A stretch of DNA of 64,000 bases from positions 2,105-66,104 of the forward strand of contig JAZONN010000005.1 of assembly GCA_045654485.1 (NCBI GenBank), in the 5' to 3' direction. Positions 35,154-45,357 of this stretch are shown here, in pieces. The DNA is from Candidatus Enterousia sp. Its GTDB lineage: Bacteria > Pseudomonadota > Alphaproteobacteria > Rs-D84. Position numbers and translations under genes: made by a program. How positions within the stretch are numbered: the first letter of the stretch is position 1; each line of letters begins with the position of its first letter. The notes under the pieces are model-generated. The model was given only the letters and a program-made list of their open reading frames with translations, made no database searches and had not been told where the DNA came from.

Positions 35154-35723
35154 TTATTTTGCACGTTCTACATATTCCAATGTTTCTGTATTAACGACAA
35201 TTCTTTCGCCTTGTTCGATAAATACAGGAACCTGAACACGGACACCGTTATCCAAGATGGCTGGTTTGCCACCGCTGCTGGTTGCGGTTTGTCCTTTCAA
35301 CGCAGGTTCTGTTTCTTCAACCGTTGCGACAACTGTTTTTGGCAAAGAAATGGATACAGGTTGGCCTTCTACAAAGTTGGCTTTCACAACCATTTCTGGG
35401 ACCAAGAACTTCATCATATCGCCCAACGAATCAACAGGCATTGTGAATTGTTCATAATCAGACAAATTCATAAAGAATGCATCGCTGCCGTCTGCATACA
35501 AATATTGGCAATCGAAATCTTCGACCATCAATTTTTCAACTTTGTCTTCTGCGCGCCAACGGTCGCCACCTTTGTTGCCAGAATCAATATCACGCAGGTC
35601 GGCCTGAACAAATGCGCCGCCTTTACCCGGTTTAACTTTTGTGATTGATGTGACCGAATATCTTTTTCCGTTGTGTGAAATAACCCAACCCACACGCATA
35701 TCGTTTGCAATAAATGATGCCAT
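35154..35723 (-). CDS. efp: Elongation factor P
   Basis: SVTSITKVKPGKGGAFVQADLRDIDSGNK carries the conserved KPGKG loop. Size is 189 aa. Confidence 0.95.
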   Translation of the reverse strand: MASFIANDMRVGWVISHNGKRYSVTSITKVKPGKGGAFVQADLRDIDSGNKGGDRWRAEDKVEKLMVEDFDCQYLYADGSDAFFMNLSDYEQFTMPVDSLGDMMKFLVPEMVVKANFVEGQPVSISLPKTVVATVEETEPALKGQTATSSGGKPAILDNGVRVQVPVFIEQGERIVVNTETLEYVERAK

Positions 35724-35785
35724 ATTTATACCTCTTTTAGAATTTCCGTTTTGATTATAAAGATATAGCGTTCAAACGCAAGTGT

Positions 35786-36328
35786 TTATTGCGCTTGACG
35801 TTTGTGTTGCCAATATCTGTCGATACTTTCCATGATTAATTTGTCTGCGGTTGCACGATCGGCCCAACCGGTGATTTTTGACCAAGAATGTGGCTGCAAA
35901 TCTTTATAGTGCTGAAAGAAATATTCGATTTTAGAACGCAGAATTTCTGGCAATTGTTCAATAAATTCGATGTTTTCATAATATGGGTCGATTTTATCGC
36001 GTGGCACACAGATGATTTTTTCATCGCCGCCCGCTTGGTCTTCCATCAACAGTGCGCCGATTGGGCGTACTTCGATAATAACGCCGGGGCGCAGTGGGGC
36101 ATTACATACCACAACACAATCCAATGGGTCTCCATCATCGCCCAATGTACCTGGGAAATATCCATAGTTCGCAGGATATGCCATAGGTGCGTGCAAAATT
36201 CTGTCTACTTTTAACAGTCCTGTTTCTTTATCAATTTCGTATTTAACGTGCCCGTTTTCAGGAATTTCAATAATTGCATTCATTTTCTTTGGTGGCAATT
36301 TTCCTGGGGCTATTTCGCCAATTGTCAT
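35786..36328 (-). CDS. ppa: Inorganic pyrophosphatase (family I)
   Basis: NAIIEIPENGHVKYEIDKETGLLKVDR...YPANYGYFPGTLGDDGDPLDCVV. Confidence 0.95.
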   Translation of the reverse strand: MTIGEIAPGKLPPKKMNAIIEIPENGHVKYEIDKETGLLKVDRILHAPMAYPANYGYFPGTLGDDGDPLDCVVVCNAPLRPGVIIEVRPIGALLMEDQAGGDEKIICVPRDKIDPYYENIEFIEQLPEILRSKIEYFFQHYKDLQPHSWSKITGWADRATADKLIMESIDRYWQHKRQAQ

Positions 36329-36409
36329 ATTTATTGTCCTTTTTTATGTTTTTATCGGACAATCTTACCACAAAAAAACACGAATGCAATTATTTGTGAA
36401 TCCTTATTA

Positions 36410-38392
36410 TTACCACAGTTTTACACGTGCATCGGCATCAATGAACATTTTGTCATCGCTTGTAATACCAAATGCATCGTACCAAGCGGTCACGTGTGGC
36501 AAAATTCCATTAACACGGTTTTTGCCCAACGAATGTTCATCAACCTTGGTCAATCGCAGTTCTTCATCTGCACGAATATTCTGCGCCCATGCGCCTGCAT
36601 ATGCGACAAAGAAACGCATATCTGCCGTCATATTTGCAATGTCTGCGGATGGTGTGCCATATTTTTTATACGCATCAAATGATATTGTAACGCCACCGTA
36701 ATCAGCCAAGTTTTCACCCAACGTAAATTCGCCGTTTGCATAAACTTCGTCGTTAATTTTGATTTTATCAAAGAATTCCTTCATGACATTGGCGCGTTTA
36801 TTGAATCCGTCTGCATCTTCGGCGGTCCACCAATCTTTCATATTTCCGTCTTTATCAAAGTGGCGTCCGGAATCATCAAAACCGTGTGTCATTTCATGTC
36901 CAATAACTGCGCCGATTGCGCCATAGTTAAATGCGTCGTCTGCTGACATATCAAAGAAGGGGTATTGCAATATTCCGGCCGGAAAACAGATTTCGTTTGT
37001 GGATGGGTCGTAATAAGCATTCACTTCGTGTGCGTTCATATACCAAATATTTGGATCTTTTTTCTGACCAATTTTTTTAATCCAAAATTCATCTTCGAAC
37101 TGTGCAACGCGCACCATATTTTCCCACAAAGAATCGTCTTTGATTTCCAATGCGTCATAGTCACGCCATTTGTCCGGATATCCAATTTTTGCACGGAAAG
37201 TGGACAGTTTTTCCAATGCTTTTTCACGTGTTTCATCGGACATCCAATCCAAGTTTTCGATGCGGTCTGCGTACGCGCGCTGTAGATTTTTTACCAATGT
37301 CTGCATACGTTGTTTTGCATCGCCGGAAAAATATTGTGCAACGTACAATCGGCCGATTTCTTCACCCAAAGAACCGTCTAACATAGATACCGCACGTTTC
37401 CAACGTGGCTTTGGTTCTTTTTGTCCCGCCATTGTTCGGTTATAGAAATCAAATGATATATCGTATGTTTTATCATCTAATACAGAATCTGCCGCGCCAA
37501 TGATGCGATATTTCAAATATGTTTTAATTAATTCCATATCTGTATCATTTATGATTGCGATTGATTCTGTGATTGCTTCGGGTTGGGCGATATTGATAAA
37601 TTCTGCCGCTGTTGCGCCACGTGCGGTTAGGAAAGTATCCCAATCAAACCCTGCGAATTTTTCTTTTACTTCTGCGACACTCATTTTGTGATAGTTTGCA
37701 TGTGGGTCGCGCAGTTTTTCTTTTGGATAGAACGATTTTGCCATACGTTCTTCTAATTTATATAATTTTTCAACATCGACATCCAATCCAAAGTTTTTCA
37801 TTTGTTTGGCGATAAATTCTTTGTATTTTTTTCTGACTTCGATGGACTTTGCGTCGGTATCAAAGTAATAATCGCGCGATAATCCTAATCCACTTTGACC
37901 GATGTTGTACAAGAAATGTTCGCTGTCCATTTCGTCTAACGCAACGCCATCGCCCCAGAAAGCAGAAGAAAACTTAAATACGTTACCCAGATATTTTGGC
38001 AAATCTGCACGGGTTAATGTATCTATTTCGTCCAAGTATTTTTGAACAGGTTTAATTCCGTCCGCATTTAATTTATCTGCATCCATTGCGATTTTGTACA
38101 GCATACCAATTTTGCCATTATCATTTTCGGCAATTTGACGTGTGCGTTCTAAATTTGTGTTACGCAAAACTTCGAACGCGCCAAATCTGGAATAGTCGTC
38201 GGGAATAGGGTGGGCCACCTGCCAACCGCGTGTTGCATAATTGTAAAAGTCGTCACCGGCTTTGACGGACATATCCATATTTTCAATTTTGATACCTGCG
38301 TTCAATGTTTTCTCCTTTGTGATATTGTGTGCGAATATAATTGCGCCTGCGACCGCAATGATTCCGATAATATTTAATGTTTTTCCTTCCAT
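36410..38392 (-). CDS. pepO: M13-family zinc metalloendopeptidase (PepO/neprilysin-like)
   Basis: N-terminal membrane anchor, the NAYY motif (VNAYYDPSTNEICFPAGILQ), the HExxH motif (VIGHEMTHGFDD) and a C-terminal ...VKLW. Confidence 0.9.
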   Translation of the reverse strand: MEGKTLNIIGIIAVAGAIIFAHNITKEKTLNAGIKIENMDMSVKAGDDFYNYATRGWQVAHPIPDDYSRFGAFEVLRNTNLERTRQIAENDNGKIGMLYKIAMDADKLNADGIKPVQKYLDEIDTLTRADLPKYLGNVFKFSSAFWGDGVALDEMDSEHFLYNIGQSGLGLSRDYYFDTDAKSIEVRKKYKEFIAKQMKNFGLDVDVEKLYKLEERMAKSFYPKEKLRDPHANYHKMSVAEVKEKFAGFDWDTFLTARGATAAEFINIAQPEAITESIAIINDTDMELIKTYLKYRIIGAADSVLDDKTYDISFDFYNRTMAGQKEPKPRWKRAVSMLDGSLGEEIGRLYVAQYFSGDAKQRMQTLVKNLQRAYADRIENLDWMSDETREKALEKLSTFRAKIGYPDKWRDYDALEIKDDSLWENMVRVAQFEDEFWIKKIGQKKDPNIWYMNAHEVNAYYDPSTNEICFPAGILQYPFFDMSADDAFNYGAIGAVIGHEMTHGFDDSGRHFDKDGNMKDWWTAEDADGFNKRANVMKEFFDKIKINDEVYANGEFTLGENLADYGGVTISFDAYKKYGTPSADIANMTADMRFFVAYAGAWAQNIRADEELRLTKVDEHSLGKNRVNGILPHVTAWYDAFGITSDDKMFIDADARVKLW

Positions 38393-38394
38393 TT

Positions 38395-39465
38395 TTATTT
38401 CACCAATTTAACGATTAAATCATCCAAGACCAACATACCTGTTGTGGTTGCGCAAATATGTTCGTTTTGAATTTTTACCATGTCTGGGTTTGAAATGACC
38501 CAGTCCATATCAATAACGTTTTTTATTGTGTCTGTCAACCTGCAACCACGAATTGTACGCAGACCGGTTATAATCATTTCTGTTGCGCGTGCTTCGGTTG
38601 ATAAAGGGGTGAATTCTGCATTGTCGCCACGTTGTTCATACCAAGTGTTATCAACGTAAATTCGTCCCGCCGCCCCACGGCCGATACCGATATATGGTTG
38701 GCCATCCCAAACATTTTGGTTGTGTCTGCATTCGTTGCCTTTGGTTGCATAATTTGAAACTTCGTATCGTGGCAATTTTAAGTTTTCGGCAATCGCTACA
38801 TACATTTGTGCCATTGTTTCATTGGTTGGCATATCTAAATTCATTTTGCCAAATGGTGTGTCTGGTTCGATTGTTAATTCGTACATAGAACAATGTTGCA
38901 AACCTATATCGTTAATTTGTTGGCATGTGTAAATGACGTCATCGACATTTTCGTTTGGTAAACCATATATAAAATCGCCGGATACACGTAAACCGCATTG
39001 GTTTGCGGCGTCGATTAAATCGTATGCGTCTTGGGCGGTGTGTTTGCGTCCCAAAAAACGTAATTTTTCATCGTTAAAACTTTGTATTCCGATGGATAAA
39101 CGTGTTATTCCGGCACGCTGAAAGTCGGCAACTTGTTCACGGGTAATAGTTTTGGGATTAGATTCCAATGTGATTTCATCGGTTTTTGATATATCAAAGT
39201 GTTTCCCCAGTTGACACATTATGCGTTCAAAGTATTTAATTGGCATCAAAGATGGTGTGCCGCCCCCAAAGAATATGGTTGGTACAGAAATACGACCTAA
39301 CTTTTCGCCCCAGTAACGAATTTCGTCGCATATGTCGACTGTATATTTATCCCAATCTGGTGTGGCGCATGCGTGTGAAAAAAACGCGCAATAATTGCAC
39401 TTAGACATGCAAAAAGGTACGTGTATGTATATATTATGGGGTCTGTTTTGTGTCATGACTGGCAT
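38395..39465 (-). CDS. hemW: Radical SAM HemN-family protein (heme chaperone HemW-like)
   Basis: The CxxxCxxC motif in IYIHVPFCMSKCNYCAFFS, and GGGTPS. Confidence 0.88.
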   Translation of the reverse strand: MPVMTQNRPHNIYIHVPFCMSKCNYCAFFSHACATPDWDKYTVDICDEIRYWGEKLGRISVPTIFFGGGTPSLMPIKYFERIMCQLGKHFDISKTDEITLESNPKTITREQVADFQRAGITRLSIGIQSFNDEKLRFLGRKHTAQDAYDLIDAANQCGLRVSGDFIYGLPNENVDDVIYTCQQINDIGLQHCSMYELTIEPDTPFGKMNLDMPTNETMAQMYVAIAENLKLPRYEVSNYATKGNECRHNQNVWDGQPYIGIGRGAAGRIYVDNTWYEQRGDNAEFTPLSTEARATEMIITGLRTIRGCRLTDTIKNVIDMDWVISNPDMVKIQNEHICATTTGMLVLDDLIVKLVK

Positions 39466-39552
39466 TTTACAACGTCAAATCCAATGTGCAAGTGGTAAAT
39501 GAAAATACTTTTTTAATAAATAAATTTATGATATAATAAATGCAAAGTTTAT

Positions 39553-41073
39553 ATGATGAAGGCGGGAAAGATTTTATTTTTATCGGGTATTTTTGCGCCG
39601 TTCATGGCATTTGCTGCGAACGAAGGGGTGCCTTCGTACTATCAAACATCTGCCACACCAACCGCAAATCAGGTTGCGTATGGCCAATATGCTAACCAAG
39701 GTTATACCAAATACGTTGGCAAATCCGGTTCAAAGCAGGTTGTTGGAACACGTACACAAACGTATCAGGTTCCACGTTCGCAATATGTACCTGCATATAC
39801 CGGTGGTATGACGACAAACGGTATTGCGATGCCCGCTGCGGCTGAACCTGCGACAACAATGTATGCGGGATATTCACGTCGTTTTGCGGATTTTGAATTT
39901 GAAACGGGTGTAAATTCTATTTTGGAATGGGACGACATGGTATGGAATGAATTGTTGATCGGTGCCCGTCATAATTTTAGTTTGCGTGATTTTGATTTGT
40001 CTGTATTTGGGGAATATAGTTATGGTAAAATGGCCCATGGCGGTTTGGCTATGGATTATGATTTGAAACCATTTGATGCATCCGACCCATATTATGGAAT
40101 ATTTACAATATCTGTTGGTGATCAAACGGGGCGTAGTGATCATTTCCGTTTTGGTATATCTGCACGCCATGTCTGGGATATTGCGGGTTGGAAACTGTCG
40201 CCAACATTTGGGTATGAAATTTTCAAGCATAATTTGGAAATGTCGGATCATTATTATCCGAACCCTGGAATATATTTGCCTTTGATGACCAATGGTGGTG
40301 AATATATCTTTGGTGACGAATTGGGCAATTATTATGCGGTTCCGGTTGGGATGACGCCGCCATCTGATTGGTATCAAGTGTGTATGTCGCCCGAAGATAT
40401 TAAAATCGTAACCAATACCCCAACGGGCAGCTTGGATGGATTTTTGACATTGGGCGATTCATTGGTTACTGGTGATTATGATATTACAATGGGTACTGTG
40501 CCTTGGGGTGTTGGTGCCGGTGAATGTGTTATTATTGGCGGCGATGGTCCGGTAATTGTTGGTGGTACAACACATATTTACAATACGACATGGTCTGGAT
40601 TTTACGTCGGGCTAGAGATTGAAAAACAGGTAACATTAAAAGATAAATTACGTTTCTATATGCAATTTGGTATGCCAAAGTATTCGTCCGAAGGTATATG
40701 GCCAAACCGTACAGATTGGCAACAGAACCCCAGTTTCTTGGACGAAGGCGATAATGATGCATATTCATATATGGCGGAAATGGAATATAATTATAAATTG
40801 TCCGATCGTTTGCAGTTATCGTTAAAGGTTGATACGAATTTCTTCCATGTTGGCAATATTCCTGGCGAATTGTATATTGCGGAAACGTCACAATACGTTA
40901 TGGACGAAAACGGCCAATATGTAATGGAAGAAGTGATTGATGAATTCGGTAATGTTTACTATGTTCCATTATTAGAAACTGTACCGGCCCATACTGAACA
41001 CGTTAGCAATTCTTTAAAGCGTGCCACTTGGCAATCGTTTGGATTGCATATTGGTGTCAAATACGCATTTTAA
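39553..41073 (+). CDS. Putative outer-membrane beta-barrel protein (506 aa)
   Basis: Signal peptide MMKAGKILFLSGIFAPFMAFA. Aromatic-rich alternating pattern and a terminal ...GVKYAF, as in OMPs. No specific family recognised. Confidence 0.6.
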   Translation: MMKAGKILFLSGIFAPFMAFAANEGVPSYYQTSATPTANQVAYGQYANQGYTKYVGKSGSKQVVGTRTQTYQVPRSQYVPAYTGGMTTNGIAMPAAAEPATTMYAGYSRRFADFEFETGVNSILEWDDMVWNELLIGARHNFSLRDFDLSVFGEYSYGKMAHGGLAMDYDLKPFDASDPYYGIFTISVGDQTGRSDHFRFGISARHVWDIAGWKLSPTFGYEIFKHNLEMSDHYYPNPGIYLPLMTNGGEYIFGDELGNYYAVPVGMTPPSDWYQVCMSPEDIKIVTNTPTGSLDGFLTLGDSLVTGDYDITMGTVPWGVGAGECVIIGGDGPVIVGGTTHIYNTTWSGFYVGLEIEKQVTLKDKLRFYMQFGMPKYSSEGIWPNRTDWQQNPSFLDEGDNDAYSYMAEMEYNYKLSDRLQLSLKVDTNFFHVGNIPGELYIAETSQYVMDENGQYVMEEVIDEFGNVYYVPLLETVPAHTEHVSNSLKRATWQSFGLHIGVKYAF

Positions 41074-41095
41074 TACCTAACCCAAAGGATTGTAT

Positions 41096-42154
41096 ATGAC
41101 CAGAATCACGTTTGTGTGCTTGCTTTGTCTGACCTGTATTGCGCCACAAATTGCACATTGTGAATCTGGTGTGTTTGATTTAGATCGTTGGTACACAATC
41201 ACAGATAATGTTCGCGCACGTGCAGAATCCGAAAACATTTCATCGGATACAATTGATTCTACGGTAAACAACCTTGCGTTGATACCGTCTATTTTGAAAA
41301 GTGATAAAAATCAATCAGAATTCAAATTGACATTGGATGATTACTTGGCGCGTACCGTAAATCCAACGCGTATTGCAACGGGTAAAAAGATGCGCAAAAC
41401 ATATCCAACATTATTGTCGCGTGTGGAATCTCGCTTTGGTGTTCCTCCGCATATAATATTGGCGTTTTGGGGGATGGAATCGAATTATGGGGCGGTAAAA
41501 TCACGTCATAAATTAAAAGATGCATTTTTTACATTGATGTATGACGGTCGTCGTGAAACATTTTTTACAAATCAATTGCTGGCATTAATGCGTATTGCGG
41601 ATAAAAATCGATTGGATATAAATAATATGCATGGTTCTTGGGCGGGTGCGATGGGGCATTTTCAATTTATTCCAACGACCCTAAATCAATATGGTACAGA
41701 CGGCGATGGCGACAATCGCACAGATATTATCAATAATTTGCCTGATGCGATGTTCAGTGCAGGTAATTATCTGAATAAATTGGGGTGGAACAAAAACGAA
41801 CGTATTGTACGTCGTGTCGTATTGCCTTATGATTTTGATTTGTCGTTGTTGGACGGACAAACCAAGTTACCATTGTCGCAATGGACTGCGATGGGGGTAA
41901 CGAACCCCGATGGTTCTGCTTTGCCGGTTCTGGATATGACGGCCGGATTGGTTGCAGATGTTGCGCACGTCACCCAAATGCGTGAACAGGCAACTCTGCA
42001 AACCCCAGATACGGTCGAAATGGATGTTGATATTGCGCCCCAGCCGGCGATTACCGCATATTTAACCTATCCAAATTTTTATCGTATTAAACGTTGGAAT
42101 AATTCCAATTGGTATGCCATTGCAATTGCAGAATTGGCGGACGAATTACATTGA
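41096..42154 (+). CDS. Lytic murein transglycosylase (MltB/SLT_2 family)
   Basis: Signal peptide, then ILAFWGMESNYG, GAMGHFQFIPTT and DGDGDNRTDI motifs. ATG 41096 lies after AAAGGA. The ORF-track start at 41090 is a TTG. Confidence 0.85.
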   Translation: MTRITFVCLLCLTCIAPQIAHCESGVFDLDRWYTITDNVRARAESENISSDTIDSTVNNLALIPSILKSDKNQSEFKLTLDDYLARTVNPTRIATGKKMRKTYPTLLSRVESRFGVPPHIILAFWGMESNYGAVKSRHKLKDAFFTLMYDGRRETFFTNQLLALMRIADKNRLDINNMHGSWAGAMGHFQFIPTTLNQYGTDGDGDNRTDIINNLPDAMFSAGNYLNKLGWNKNERIVRRVVLPYDFDLSLLDGQTKLPLSQWTAMGVTNPDGSALPVLDMTAGLVADVAHVTQMREQATLQTPDTVEMDVDIAPQPAITAYLTYPNFYRIKRWNNSNWYAIAIAELADELH

Positions 42155-43033
42155 TTTGTATTTGATTCGCATTAATTGTATTTTGCCAAACAGATAAACT
42201 TTTTTACAATCCCTGTGTGATTTGATTGTGATAAATGGTATTAAACCAAACAATCTAAATGTCTTGGTAAATTGGGCGGGTTTATGTGTTTGTAACCGTT
42301 TCCACTCATCATAGTATATCGGATATTTTGCACGTGCATTGGCTACAATTGTCTGGGGTAAATCGGTCATTCTTTGCCAATGGCGCAATGTTGTATTGTT
42401 TCCGTCCCACAGGTATTTTAACACCACGTCTGGTAAATTATGAAAAAAAGTAAATGGTATTAAATCCATAAATAACATCCTGTCTTCGCATGGTGAAAAT
42501 TCTTCTTTATATCTGATTCCAAATGTATCAAGCACGGATTTGCGTATCATGCATCCCGAATGAACAGGGTTGCATACATACGCATCGTTTATCAAAGAAA
42601 TCTTGATTTCATGGTCATTGACGGGGCGGGGCGCAGTTGGGTGTTCTTTGCCGTCTTTTATTTCGATGACGTTTCCGCCAACTGCGCCAACGTGTGGATT
42701 TTTATCCAAGAATTGTGATTCTAATTCCAATCTGTTTGGCGTGGAAATATCGTCGTGGTCCGCAATTGCTAAATATTGCCCACGTGCCAATTCAATCAAT
42801 TTATTGCGTGATTTTGTAATCCCCATATTGTGTTCATTTTCTATATATTTAATACGTGTGTCATCGTATGACAAAACGATATCTTTTAACGCGGTGTTGT
42901 CGGGGCTGTCGTTCAAAATCAAGAATTCAAAATCGCCATATGTCTGCGTCAGTATGCTTTCAATCATTGCCTTTAATGCGTCGTGTGCGGTATTATATAT
43001 CGGTGTTAAAACAGAAATTTTTGGTGTGTTCAT
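42146..43033 (-). CDS. Family 2 glycosyltransferase
   Basis: ISVLTPIYNTAHDALKAMIESILTQTYGDFEFLILNDSPDN and a DHDD motif. Overlaps the upstream GT gene by 4 nt. Confidence 0.85.
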   Translation of the reverse strand: MNTPKISVLTPIYNTAHDALKAMIESILTQTYGDFEFLILNDSPDNTALKDIVLSYDDTRIKYIENEHNMGITKSRNKLIELARGQYLAIADHDDISTPNRLELESQFLDKNPHVGAVGGNVIEIKDGKEHPTAPRPVNDHEIKISLINDAYVCNPVHSGCMIRKSVLDTFGIRYKEEFSPCEDRMLFMDLIPFTFFHNLPDVVLKYLWDGNNTTLRHWQRMTDLPQTIVANARAKYPIYYDEWKRLQTHKPAQFTKTFRLFGLIPFITIKSHRDCKKVYLFGKIQLMRIKYKSM

Positions 43034-44241
43034 TTTTTTACTCTTTTGATAAATTCAATAATTTCATCCAGATTTTTATTTGGCGCAATTTCTTTTAATA
43101 CTAAACCATGTTTATATTGTTTTATGCGTTCTGCGGGCGCACCTAAATCATAGCAGACAACCGGTAATCCCATTGATGTTGCTTCTGATGTTGTGTATGA
43201 AAAGGTTTCCGGCCATATTGATGGAATAAACACGGCGTCTATTTCGTATTGTTCCATTAATTTTGGTAAATCATCTGTTTTATATTTGCCGTGAATATGG
43301 ATGTTGTCGGGTGCATTTTGCATATTGCCAATAATTATAATTTTTTCATTTTTACTAATATACTTTGCCATTTCGCAAACAACCGTCGCGCCTTTTTGAT
43401 GTGATATATTGCCCAGTATTGCAATATTAATTGTTTCGTGTGGCCGAATGTTTACGTGTCTCAAATTTTGGGTTTCATGCGGTATGACGATAATTTTATC
43501 TGCGATATTTGGATATGCGGCGATAAAAATATCTTTGATAGATTCTGAAAAAACAATAAATTCATCGGCCCAATGTTCTAAAAAATCGCTCCAGTTTTTA
43601 CGCCATTGTTCAATTGTTGTTGCGCATGATTTTAACATTGTGTTTTGTGTTGCGTTGTCACCCATAATTTTTCGTTTCCAACATTCTTCACAGCCGTTTT
43701 TGTATCTTAAATTACAATAGTTTCCATCACAGTTAATTAAATTAAAACTGGGGCAAATGTATTGAAAATCGTGTCCACGCACGGATATGTGTGGGCGTTT
43801 GTTTTGTGTGGTGGCAATGTGTTTTATTACGGATAATATTTCTGCCGTATTCGGGTAGCCGACCAAGTTATTAACGATGATTTTGTCGGCATTTATATTT
43901 TTTAATGCATTTTTTATGTCGTCTGTATTTGGTGTTGTGTATATGTGACGTTTGTTGTGTGTTCGGCTTATATGAAATAATCTTGTTTCTGGTTTGTATT
44001 GAATGTACAGTATTTCGTAATGATTGTTTAATTTATTAATTTGTCTTTTTGAATAAGTTTCTGTGCCGCCACCCAACGCATGGTCGAACCACAGCATATA
44101 TGGTTTATTGCGTGCGCTTTTATAAAGAATACTTGGGGTATCGTGTTGTCTAAAATATATTTGATTCAATCTATTTCTTAAACGTCTTCTGATGCGTGGT
44201 ATTGGTATCCATATGCATAAAATATTAATTAATATTTTCAT
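43030..44241 (-). CDS. GT-B fold glycosyltransferase (GT4/GT1-like C-terminal domain)
   Basis: The C-terminal region PSIWPETFSYTTSEATSMGLPVVCYDLGAPAERI resembles the EX7E region of GT4 enzymes. The N-terminal half is not recognised. Confidence 0.65.
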   Translation of the reverse strand: MKILINILCIWIPIPRIRRRLRNRLNQIYFRQHDTPSILYKSARNKPYMLWFDHALGGGTETYSKRQINKLNNHYEILYIQYKPETRLFHISRTHNKRHIYTTPNTDDIKNALKNINADKIIVNNLVGYPNTAEILSVIKHIATTQNKRPHISVRGHDFQYICPSFNLINCDGNYCNLRYKNGCEECWKRKIMGDNATQNTMLKSCATTIEQWRKNWSDFLEHWADEFIVFSESIKDIFIAAYPNIADKIIVIPHETQNLRHVNIRPHETINIAILGNISHQKGATVVCEMAKYISKNEKIIIIGNMQNAPDNIHIHGKYKTDDLPKLMEQYEIDAVFIPSIWPETFSYTTSEATSMGLPVVCYDLGAPAERIKQYKHGLVLKEIAPNKNLDEIIEFIKRVKK

Positions 44242-44401
44242 TTAATGTCCTGTGTTTTATATGTGGAAAATATTCACAATTATATATTTGTTTGCCTTTA
44301 TATGCATTAGGATAGATGTCTTAAATATATGTAATAAAAACGTTGAAAAATATGGCTTGGTTTGCTATTCTGTGACACATACATTTATCAAAGGATAATT
44401 T

Positions 44402-45355
44402 ATGGCTATTAAAATTCGTGATTTCGAAGTACGCTTGACCCGTAACAAAGAAGAACGCAAACAGGTACGTCAATTAAGATACTCTGTATTCGTCGAAGAA
44501 GAGGGGGCGTCCGCCACCGAAGAACAACGTGCTTTGTGCGAAGAATATGATGCATACGATAGGTTTGCCGAATATATGGCGGTTTTCCATAATGGCCGCG
44601 TGGTTGGAACGTATCGTATTATCGACAGAAATGCTGCTGAAAAAATGGGTGGGTTCTATACCGAAACAGAATTTAATATTTCTAAAATAAAAAAATATCG
44701 TGGCAATATCGCAGAAATGTCCCGTGCGTGTGTTGAAAAATCATATCGTGAAAATGCATTGGTTATGCGTATGTTATGGGCGGGGTTGGGCGAATTGATT
44801 GTTCGTCGTAAAATTGGCGTTGTGTTTGGTGTTGCGTCTTTTGTTGGGACAAAACCGGCCCGTTCGGCTCAGGCAATATCATATCTGTATTACAATCATT
44901 TAACCCCCATGCGTTTGCGTGCAACGGTGGTCAGTGAAAATTTCGCGGACGGTGTAAATCCAAAGTTGTCGCGTATGAACATTTTGCCACCTGAATTCGT
45001 GGACGAAGCGGACGCAAAATCCGAAATGACACCTTTGATAAAAGGTTATTTGCGTTTGGGCGCAACATTTGGTCGTGGTGTATTTGTTGATGCGCCATTT
45101 AATTCGTACGATGTATTTGTAATGGTGGAAACGCGCAAAATGGATGCCGCGTATCAGAAACACTTTTTGGGGCGCGAAAATGCATTGGGTGACCCCGAAG
45201 ACAAAGAAAACATTATGAAAACGGTTGGCAAAATTATAACTTTCCCCGTTGTAGGGCCATTCAAAGTCGTACGTGCATTTGTTGACTTCTTGTTACGTGA
45301 AGATGCCGCCGACGCTGAATATATCGAAGATTCTGATAAAAACGAAGAAGAATAA
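44402..45355 (+). CDS. olsB: GNAT-type N-acyltransferase, OlsB-like (ornithine lipid synthesis step 1)
   Basis: LRYSVFVEEEGA...YRIIDR... pattern, followed immediately by an OlsA-like acyltransferase gene. Confidence 0.7.
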   Translation: MAIKIRDFEVRLTRNKEERKQVRQLRYSVFVEEEGASATEEQRALCEEYDAYDRFAEYMAVFHNGRVVGTYRIIDRNAAEKMGGFYTETEFNISKIKKYRGNIAEMSRACVEKSYRENALVMRMLWAGLGELIVRRKIGVVFGVASFVGTKPARSAQAISYLYYNHLTPMRLRATVVSENFADGVNPKLSRMNILPPEFVDEADAKSEMTPLIKGYLRLGATFGRGVFVDAPFNSYDVFVMVETRKMDAAYQKHFLGRENALGDPEDKENIMKTVGKIITFPVVGPFKVVRAFVDFLLREDAADAEYIEDSDKNEEE

Positions 45356-45357
45356 TC

